DNA of 64,000 nucleotides, from NCBI GenBank assembly GCA_034002885.1, contig JAVEZS010000008.1, forward strand, positions 6,001-70,000, in the 5' to 3' direction. A program made the translations under genes and the position numbers. Shown here piece by piece: positions 57,359-64,000 of the stretch. How positions within the stretch are numbered: the stretch's first letter is position 1; every line of letters starts with the position of its first letter. The notes under the pieces are model-generated. The model was not told where the DNA came from, made no database searches, and worked only from the letters and a program-made list of their open reading frames with translations. Source of the stretch: Bacteroidales bacterium (GTDB lineage: Bacteria > Bacteroidota > Bacteroidia > Bacteroidales > VadinHA17).

Positions 57359-58783
57359 TTAGAATCCATTGAGAGAACCGGAAACTGCAGTCCACGACCA
57401 GCCCAGGAAAACATCGGGATTTGCACCCACGGTGTTTGATCCTGCTGCTACGGCTGTTGTGAAAGCGTCGCTTCCGCCCTTAAAGAAATCAGCCAGACTT
57501 GTCCCGGCAGGCAGTGTGGCCTCCAGGTCTGTGAAAGTGCATTCGTATTCGGTCGGAAGCTCATCAAAATCCTGCTCTGCTTTTAACCCAAAGAACCAGA
57601 TTCCATCCATATCAACATTTGAATTCGGATCCAGATCGACAAGCCCCTGTGCATTACCCGAATAACAGGTGCCGTTTTTCAGAATGTGCTTTGCAACCAT
57701 TGTTCCTTCCGGTCCGTCAAGCTCAAGGCACTCGTCACCAGGATTTATTACTATAAAGTTGTCCAGAGTTCCTCCCCACGACTGATCAGTGTCAATTGCG
57801 TCATCTCCGGTGTTAAGGATGACAACGTTCTTAACATTGACGCTACCTCCAAACCATTCTATCCCGTCATCCTGATTTGCAACTACTTCCAGGTTCTCGA
57901 TGACAGTACCCGACCCTACACCCCCAAGGGTAAGGCCGTTTATCTCATTTCCCTCTCCGATATTGGCGCCACCGTGACGTATGGATACATACTTAATTGT
58001 ACCTGAATTGTCAGCCGGATCACTGCCTCCGTACAAGCCGTTAAGATCGGATGCCGGAATACCCTCGATCTGCATTGCCTCAGCTTCACCTGATATGGGA
58101 GCCCTGCCAAGGATAAGGAGACCGCCCCAGAGACCATTGACTGTAGGGGCAAGGTTGGGACTTGCTATTTCACCAGGTATAATGTTATCTGAAACCGAAG
58201 TGAAAATAATCGGAGAGTCTGCGGTCCCAACAGCCATAAGCCGCGCTCCTCTTGCAATCATAAGAGCAGTGGCATTGGCCTCGGAACCTTCGCGACCCTT
58301 GACAATGACTCCGGGCTGTATGGTGAGAGTAACTCCCGATACAACCGTTATTCTTCCTTCAAGAATGTATATTTTACCAGCCTCCCATGTAGTATTGGCT
58401 GTAATGTTCTGCGCTACAGATACCACAGGAACACCTTCAATGGTCAGAACGGCAGTTGCAGTAACTGTCTGGCTGTCATTATCGGTGAGAGTCAGAACCA
58501 CCGATCCTGCTCCCGTAGTCTTTCCTGCTGTGAATGTCACTACTATTATTCCGGATGACGCTCCCTTACTTCCGTCTGTCTTTATCTGTGTATCTCCACC
58601 TGTCGATGTAACGGAAACTGATTTGAAACCAGCCATGGCATCGAAACGGAAACTAAGATCGACCGATTCGGTTATTTCAACAGAAGTACTCTGGGGCGCT
58701 GTTAACACAGGCGGATCATTCTCCTTTTTGCAGCTTGCAAGGATGATCGTGATTAAGATAATAATTGTAAAATACTTTTTCAT
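57359..58783 (-). CDS. Surface lipoprotein with an Ig-like N-domain and a parallel-beta-helix-like C-domain (function unknown)
   Basis: Lipobox MKKYFTIIILITIILASCKKE, a Thr/Val-rich beta-sandwich region, then repeat-like NGLTLGGVGSGTVIENLEVVANQDDGIEWFGGSVNVKNVVI. Confidence 0.7.
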   Translation of the reverse strand: MKKYFTIIILITIILASCKKENDPPVLTAPQSTSVEITESVDLSFRFDAMAGFKSVSVTSTGGDTQIKTDGSKGASSGIIVVTFTAGKTTGAGSVVLTLTDNDSQTVTATAVLTIEGVPVVSVAQNITANTTWEAGKIYILEGRITVVSGVTLTIQPGVIVKGREGSEANATALMIARGARLMAVGTADSPIIFTSVSDNIIPGEIASPNLAPTVNGLWGGLLILGRAPISGEAEAMQIEGIPASDLNGLYGGSDPADNSGTIKYVSIRHGGANIGEGNEINGLTLGGVGSGTVIENLEVVANQDDGIEWFGGSVNVKNVVILNTGDDAIDTDQSWGGTLDNFIVINPGDECLELDGPEGTMVAKHILKNGTCYSGNAQGLVDLDPNSNVDMDGIWFFGLKAEQDFDELPTEYECTFTDLEATLPAGTSLADFFKGGSDAFTTAVAAGSNTVGANPDVFLGWSWTAVSGSLNGF

Positions 58784-58833
58784 GTTTATTGTTTATTGGT
58801 TTGACTTTTTGTTTTTGACTTCTTTGACCACTG

Positions 58834-58841
58834 CAAATGTA
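58834..58841 (-). promoter_or_regulatory. Candidate -7 promoter box (TACATTTG on the minus strand) for the lipoprotein-TBDR operon
   Basis: Exact TAnnTTTG match about 50 nt upstream of the lipoprotein ATG. Confidence 0.35.
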
Positions 58842-59163
58842 GACCTGCAATAATTCAGCACGGTTAAGGATCAATTAAGGTTCTGTTACAAAATGGGTAT
58901 CTGTATATTCCATGTTATCAGTATTTTGTGGTTTATTGTAACTCGTTTGTAATTTTCTCGGGGCTGTTGCTGCCTGATGGAGAAATGTTTCAATCAGGTT
59001 TTTTTACGCGAAGACAAAAAGGCAGAGTAAAAAATTTCTCAGGGAGGACCATGTCTCTTCTTACGGAAATTTTATGTGGAACCAGGACTATTGATAAATG
59101 TCAGCATCACTCCTGCATGAGGATGGTGATACACCCATCCGGGTAATTTGAAATGTTTGCAGA

Positions 59164-59236
59164 AAATATTAGAATATTTATCGTAATACAATAGAAATCT
59201 ATTGTAATACAATAGATATTTTACCTATTACAATAT
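59164..59236. repeat. Cluster of AT-rich symmetric and phased repeats (TAWTACAATA x3 at 21-bp spacing, plus palindromes)
   Basis: GTAATACAATAGA occurs at 59183 and 59204, and TATTACAATAT at 59226. There is a perfect 8-1-8 palindrome CTATTGTA-A-TACAATAG (59199-59215) and a second palindrome AAATATT-ag-AATATTT (59164-59179). Confidence 0.6.
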
Positions 59237-59529
59237 TTAATTCAAAATGTTACCTGTTGATTTGATGATGGCATAATAAATCCAGGTCAATGTCGCCCCT
59301 TCTTTTACCAGGCCCTGAAAGGGCGGGATATGGAAATAAAGAGTGTGTTGAGATACAACGAGGCTAAAACCGTATAGAGACACTACCTGACACAAAAACC
59401 TCTAAATCGCCCTGGCCTTTATTAGGTCCTGCTCTGTAAGGATCCTTTTTCCAGAAAGCAACAATCTGCAAACAGGTTTATTCTGTCAGATCAGTTTTTT
59501 TATAACTTGCGCCTTTATTAGAAAAATTG

Positions 59530-60219
59530 ATGAGCAGAAAAATACTCTTACCGGGAATCCTGTTGATATTCTTTCAGGCAGTGCTGAATGCACAGACTAT
59601 AGTCAGTCCTAACTACTCTCTTAAGAGCCATGAGACTCTGAGGATAATAAAAGTGGAGATCAGGCCGGAAGCAGTATTTTTTCACATGAGCATCGAAAAC
59701 CGTATTGAAGGGGGCAGTTTCTGCGCTGATAAGAACATCTCGCTAATTTATTCCGACGGAAAAAAAAGCAGACTTGTTTCCTCTTCCGGAATTCCTGTTT
59801 GTCCTGATACATACAAGTTCAGGTTTCCGGGGGAGAAGCTTGACTTTATACTTACATTTCCTGCCCTGAGGGAAGGAGCGAAGTGGGTTGATCTTGTTGA
59901 GGAGTGTGACGACAACTGTTTTTCATTCTATGGAGTATCGCTCGATGCCGAACTCAATGAAAGGATTGATGCGGCTTTCGGACTTGCCGAGAACGAACAG
60001 GTCACTCTTGCGCTGGCAAGCTTCATCAGCATAGCACAGGAGGTGGAGGGAGGCAATACGGGTACGGAGGGTTTGTTATATATAAATATTATCAGGCTTG
60101 CTGCCGGGAGCGGCGATCATAAAAGAGCCGAGGAATGGTACAGGAAGCTAAGGCTTTCGGGTATCCCGCGGCTGTCCACCTATATTAAATTCCTTAACGA
60201 CCAGGGCATCAGATATTAA
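59530..60219 (+). CDS. Secreted hypothetical protein (beta-rich N-domain, helical TPR-like C-terminus)
   Basis: Signal peptide MSRKILLPGILLIFFQAVLNA. No recognisable catalytic motif. Confidence 0.55.
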   Translation: MSRKILLPGILLIFFQAVLNAQTIVSPNYSLKSHETLRIIKVEIRPEAVFFHMSIENRIEGGSFCADKNISLIYSDGKKSRLVSSSGIPVCPDTYKFRFPGEKLDFILTFPALREGAKWVDLVEECDDNCFSFYGVSLDAELNERIDAAFGLAENEQVTLALASFISIAQEVEGGNTGTEGLLYINIIRLAAGSGDHKRAEEWYRKLRLSGIPRLSTYIKFLNDQGIRY

Positions 60220-60221
60220 TT

Positions 60222-60252
60222 AAAAAGCCGGGCAATTTCAGCCCGGCTTTTT
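60222..60252. terminator. Bidirectional rho-independent terminator
   Basis: AAAAAGCCGGGC-aatttca-GCCCGGCTTTTT between convergent genes. Confidence 0.8.
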
Positions 60253-60274
60253 AATATTTTGTTTATTACAGTGT

Positions 60275-61891
60275 TTAGAAGTTCAGGTCAATTCCTGCTG
60301 CAATGATCATTGTGTCCTTGAAATATGTTTCCCTTGCAGGTATAACAGTATTTGTGGCAGAGAAGAGATGGTTTATTGTAGTCTCCCCATCGAGGTAGTA
60401 AGTGTAGGCAAAACCAAGGTTAAGTGCAAGGTTGTCGAACAGCTTTACCTTTCCGCCGAGACCTCCGGTGTGCGATGTCAGACTGTAAGTAAGGTCGCTC
60501 TGGTAATTGTTGTTTACACCTGTTTTTGAATAGAGGTAGCCGCCGCTGACCAGAAGCCACTCGTTGATTTTGTACTGGAGACCTGCAGAAGCCTCGTAGT
60601 AGTTTTTATCAATAATAATATCATTATCAACAAAAACACCGTTCAGCTTGTGTCCGTAGTTTGCGCTCTTGTCAAAGTAGTAGTGAACACCGGCTGCAAT
60701 GTTGAGTTTTTCTGTTGCACCGTAATCAACTCCCACTGCAAGCATGGCAGGCATGTCGTTCCTTAGTTTCTCGCCGTCGGGGAACATTGTTACGGGAACT
60801 CCCTCACTGGTATAACCGACTGTGAAGTCCTTTGTGGTTTTGTTTTCAAGTTCCAGCTTTGTTGCCATCTCGTATTTGATTCCAATATTAAGGTTCTCGG
60901 CAGGAGAAAGGTTTACGCTTATGAAAGGAGTAATACCTGATCCTGTCTGCTCAACTTCAGCCGACTGATCGCCCAGAAGAGAGGCAGTGGCTGTATATTT
61001 TGCGGCAGCACCTTTAAATACTGCGTCGGCCGTTGCAATTGTAACTGTAATAGGGGATCCGAATCCTGCGAGAGCACCTTCGAGAGCCCCCCTCTGCTGG
61101 GCTGTGATTATTGAAGCAGCTTCAGCCTGAGCAAGGGTCAGCGAACCGGCTCCCCCTCCTACGAGGGCAGTTGTGCTCTGAGCAGCGGTTGTTGCCTGTC
61201 CGGCGATGCCGTTCATAATGGCATCAGCCCTTGTCCACACCGGAGTTTCGGCTGTTCCCATATTGAGTTCAATACCCCTCAGATAACCGTCATAGGTGTT
61301 TTTGGCCATGACGTACCTGACACCTGCGGCAACAGAGATGAAGTCATTTATCTTGTACGATACGCCGCCCTGTAAACCAAAATATACCGAAGTGCCTTCG
61401 AAATACGTATCAAGCCTGTAAGCCTTGGCACCCTGTGATGCAAGTGAAGGAACAAGGTCTGAAGGAGTCATCTCAAACGATGGAAGCCCCTTGTCGAACG
61501 TTGCACCTCCGCCACCACCGATAGGATTGAAGCCCAGTGAGAAGGCAAGCCTGTCGGTCTTGAAGGCAGCATATACCCCGGGGAAAAGCGGAGCTGAAAC
61601 CTTTCCTTTGTAAAGACTTTCATTAAGTCCGAAATTTCCACCCGGACCTGAATAAAAGTTCTCAACCTCCTTGTTCTGGCTTATTACCTGGTTCGAAATC
61701 GATATGTGAAATCCGTTTTCCAGTTTCATTAATCCGGCAGGATTATAGTATACTGCATCAATCTCAGTTGATGCGTCCCGCGCCGGAAGACGAACCCATG
61801 AAGCACTCTGGTTCGTATTGGTGACCAGACCGCCGGCAAAAAGAGAGCCGGTAATCAGCGTTGCGGAAAGAATTGTAAGAATTTTTCTCAT
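60275..61891 (-). CDS. FadL/OMPP1/TodX-like outer-membrane transport protein with an Ala/Thr/Gly-rich insertion
   Basis: Signal peptide, N-terminal NQSASWVRLPARDAS...AVYYNPAGL, alternating beta-strand pattern, C-terminal ...AAGIDLNF; 538 aa. Confidence 0.65.
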   Translation of the reverse strand: MRKILTILSATLITGSLFAGGLVTNTNQSASWVRLPARDASTEIDAVYYNPAGLMKLENGFHISISNQVISQNKEVENFYSGPGGNFGLNESLYKGKVSAPLFPGVYAAFKTDRLAFSLGFNPIGGGGGATFDKGLPSFEMTPSDLVPSLASQGAKAYRLDTYFEGTSVYFGLQGGVSYKINDFISVAAGVRYVMAKNTYDGYLRGIELNMGTAETPVWTRADAIMNGIAGQATTAAQSTTALVGGGAGSLTLAQAEAASIITAQQRGALEGALAGFGSPITVTIATADAVFKGAAAKYTATASLLGDQSAEVEQTGSGITPFISVNLSPAENLNIGIKYEMATKLELENKTTKDFTVGYTSEGVPVTMFPDGEKLRNDMPAMLAVGVDYGATEKLNIAAGVHYYFDKSANYGHKLNGVFVDNDIIIDKNYYEASAGLQYKINEWLLVSGGYLYSKTGVNNNYQSDLTYSLTSHTGGLGGKVKLFDNLALNLGFAYTYYLDGETTINHLFSATNTVIPARETYFKDTMIIAAGIDLNF

Positions 61892-62091
61892 AAGATTAAA
61901 TTTAAGTTTAAAATAGAAGATTGAATCCCTGAATTGGAGAAATTCTTATCCCCTTGATTTTTAATACAATTAAACTCCGGGTTCAAAGAACCAAAGAAGG
62001 GCAAATGTAGAAAAATATTTGAACTATCCAAATAAGTCTAAAATACTATATTGATATTAAGTTATTTGTAATGAATTTTGCGGGGTGTTCG

Positions 62092-62111
62092 AAAACCTGA
62101 AACAGGTTTTT
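62092..62111 (-). terminator. Hairpin terminator after the partial TonB-dependent receptor gene
   Basis: AAAACCTG-aaa-CAGGTTTT perfect 8-bp stem, about 35 nt after the stop on the minus strand, with T-runs on both strands. Confidence 0.6.
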
Positions 62112-62145
62112 ACCCACTGACGCGAAGGTTTGATCCATTTACCGG

Positions 62146-64000
62146 TCAGAATCTGCCGGAGAACCTCAGACTGTAATTCCGCGGTGGCTGAATATCGCCA
62201 GGCCTCCCCATATATTCAGCGTTGAGGAGGTTCTTCAAAGCAAGCGAGAGGGTAAAGTTCTCACTCAGTCTGTATCCTATGTTACTGTCGATGGTTGTAT
62301 GCCCGTTATTATGCCTCGACCAGTAGTAGCCGAAGCCTGGAAGGATGGGAGTAGTAAGGAAAACCTCATCAATATTCAGGATCTTCGATTTAAGGTACAC
62401 GCTAAGCCCGAAGCTTAGCTTTCTCCACGATGATTCAAGAGAGATGATCGCAGAATGTTTTCTCCTGTATTTCAGGAACGTGTCTGTGTCTTCACCCGTG
62501 AACTCATTTACTTCAACAGGATACATATAGGTGTAGCCACCGGTCATTATTGCAGAAAGGCCTCCGAAAGAACGCATCAGCGACATTTCGAACTCGAGAC
62601 CGTAAACCCTCGACTGTCCTACGTTGGTAGCCCTGAATCCCAGTCCTTCGGGATAGATCCCGAACATATACTCGATAAGATTCTTGTTGTTGAGCATAAA
62701 AACCGAAAGATCGGCATGACCTGTGATATTGCCTGAAAGGATACCCTGTTTTATCCCGGCTTCGGCGCTCCAGCCTGATTCTGAAAGAATGTCAGGATTT
62801 GCAATAATGATAACCGATCCGATAGTAGTTGCCGCGAACTTCTCGGCCATGGATGGGAAGCGGTATCCCTGCCCGAACGATGCACGCAGAAATGTCATGG
62901 GAGAGGCCTGCCAGTTGAGACCTGCCCTCACTATCGGAACAAGTTTCTCCTTATCCCCGTCGAGTGAATAATGCTCAAGCCTCACTCCTGCAACAGCCTT
63001 AAGTTTGTCAAGGGGTCGCAGCTCGACCTGTGTGTAACCGGCAAGATTGATCCCGGAATGATCGTTGAAAAAGTTGGAATTGACTTTGCTGAAGTTTCCG
63101 GAGATCCCTGCTGTGAGATCGAGGTAATCGAGTAATCTGTACCATAACTGGTACTCTGAATAAAAAGAAACTGCATCGCTGTTGTTCTGGTCACTTTCCG
63201 GAAGCTTGTTTGTGGTTGACTGAAGGCGCATCCTGAAGTCGTGCTGGAAATGCCCTGGCTTTTTCAGAGACACAAAAGGATCTATTGTCAGAAAAGTTCC
63301 TTTATAATTATTGGCGGTGGAAGGCGATTGCCTGAGAGCCCCCGTTTCTGCATTTTCCCAGAGAACGAAGTCTTTTTTCAGATTATAGCCTCCGTTGACA
63401 GCCACACCGTAATTCAGGCCCTCGACTTTGCTGTTGAAATGCTTGATCTTGAGATTCACACGGGCAAGCTTCTCGTCGTTGAGCCTGCGGTAACTTTCGT
63501 CAATGAAGAGATTTCCCCCTATGCCTATGTCGGTTTTTCCGGTTTTCTGAAGATGTGAAAATGAAAGTGTCGAGAAGACCCTTGGCGTATCCCACCATTT
63601 CCAGTCACTGTTTCTGGGGTTGCCATATAATCCGGCTTCTGTAAAGAACTGTGTGAGAGGAATATTTGTTGCATCGGCTGTCCTGAAGTTGATGATACCG
63701 TTTAGTGCCGACGAACCGTAAAGAACTGAAGATGCTCCCTTTATCACTTCAATCTGGGCAAGATTCTCAAGAGGGATATACTGCCATTTTATATTCCCTG
63801 CATCGGCTGAAAGCATCGGAAGGCCGTCAATAAGGGCAAGAACCCTGCTTCCGGCTCCGTAACTGAATCCGCTTCCGCCTCTTACCGAGGCCTGGCCGTC
63901 GAGCACCTCAATGCCTGAAGTTTTGTTTATTATTTCCTGTGGGTCGGTAAGGTGGTTGTCTGAGAGGAATGAGGTTTTTATGACATTCATCGAAACCGAC
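62146..64000 (-). CDS. TonB-dependent receptor (5' end beyond window edge)
   Basis: Plug motifs (GIEVLDGQASVRGGSG...IDGLPM...IEVIKGASSVLYGSSALNGIIN), beta-barrel, C-terminal ...YSLRFSGRF. The frame is open to the window end. Confidence 0.88.
   Translation of the reverse strand, partial: SVSMNVIKTSFLSDNHLTDPQEIINKTSGIEVLDGQASVRGGSGFSYGAGSRVLALIDGLPMLSADAGNIKWQYIPLENLAQIEVIKGASSVLYGSSALNGIINFRTADATNIPLTQFFTEAGLYGNPRNSDWKWWDTPRVFSTLSFSHLQKTGKTDIGIGGNLFIDESYRRLNDEKLARVNLKIKHFNSKVEGLNYGVAVNGGYNLKKDFVLWENAETGALRQSPSTANNYKGTFLTIDPFVSLKKPGHFQHDFRMRLQSTTNKLPESDQNNSDAVSFYSEYQLWYRLLDYLDLTAGISGNFSKVNSNFFNDHSGINLAGYTQVELRPLDKLKAVAGVRLEHYSLDGDKEKLVPIVRAGLNWQASPMTFLRASFGQGYRFPSMAEKFAATTIGSVIIIANPDILSESGWSAEAGIKQGILSGNITGHADLSVFMLNNKNLIEYMFGIYPEGLGFRATNVGQSRVYGLEFEMSLMRSFGGLSAIMTGGYTYMYPVEVNEFTGEDTDTFLKYRRKHSAIISLESSWRKLSFGLSVYLKSKILNIDEVFLTTPILPGFGYYWSRHNNGHTTIDSNIGYRLSENFTLSLALKNLLNAEYMGRPGDIQPPRNYSLRFSGRF

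Noticed and set aside
58825-58840. CCACTG string resembling a cobalamin-riboswitch B12 box near a TonB-dependent receptor operon
   Set aside because: It is on the wrong strand relative to the operon, and the other conserved riboswitch elements (GGGAA, GGTG...TCC cores) are absent nearby.
57981-58853. 290-aa ORF on the plus strand
   Set aside because: It lies entirely antisense to the lipoprotein gene, which has a clear lipobox and coherent domain structure. The plus-strand translation is low-complexity (Pro/Ala/Ser/Val-rich) with no motifs, so it is a shadow ORF.
58928-59146. 72-codon GTG-initiated ORF in the long intergenic region
   Set aside because: It has no ATG, no signal or motif, and an odd composition. 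It is kept only as a note within the long non-coding region finding.
59183-59236. Possible CRISPR array
   Set aside because: There are only three short (10-13 bp) AT-rich repeats with 8-11 bp between them. That is far below CRISPR repeat and spacer sizes, and no cas genes are present.
1-64000. Mobile elements, prophage, integrases, tRNA/rRNA genes, toxin-antitoxin or known defence systems
   Set aside because: I recognised none in any frame or intergenic region. All long ORFs have housekeeping, transport or regulatory signatures.

Overview
The window looks like a core chromosomal segment of an anaerobic Bacteroidota-type genome. Supporting this are PorP/SprF and DUF5103-like T9SS components, a complete nqrABCDEF-apbE operon, TonB-dependent receptors with CarboxypepD_reg N-termini, TAnnTTTG-type -7 boxes and mostly A-rich, SD-less leaders. 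I call about 52 protein-coding genes, densely packed on both strands. By eye I found no rRNA, tRNA, CRISPR array, transposase or integrase. Gene content, left to right: korAB (2-oxoacid:ferredoxin oxidoreductase); two very large tandem paralogs combining receiver domains with a PPDK_N-type ATP-grasp; fabD, folE, queD; mqnB-mqnD (futalosine pathway); Fe-SOD; an SQR-like flavoprotein; M28 peptidase; nitroreductase; proline dehydrogenase; PorP/SprF; OmpH; GT2; FtsB-like; a ThiS/ThiF-like pair divergent from a long AOR-family tungsten/molybdenum enzyme; moeA-moaC-moaB; the nqr operon; a fused E1 alpha/beta dehydrogenase; a PEPCK/HprK-like kinase of unknown function; yqgE, holA, amn; an HsdR_N nuclease-like protein plus a Nudix-HEAT fusion; yedF-selD; pit-DUF47; a PhoR/PhoB-like two-component pair; and two TonB-dependent receptor loci with a beta-helix lipoprotein and a FadL-like porin. 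The best candidate for an undescribed system is the translationally coupled pair at 2548-9008. It has the architecture sensor module, pseudo-receiver, receiver, PPDK_N ATP-grasp, with no canonical phosphohistidine domain. Other notable points: (1) two deletion-derived gene remnants inside the Mo/W-cofactor locus, namely moaA and a molybdate/tungstate-binding protein; (2) a 4-Cys single-TM mini-protein next to nqr-apbE; (3) 21-bp-phased direct repeats and palindromes in the 746-bp non-coding region beside the Pho-like regulon; (4) an orphan PEPCK/HprK-superfamily protein. All functional calls come from motif recognition by eye in the supplied translations, and no database search was possible. 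Hand-counted coordinates of small motifs may be off by 1-2 nt.
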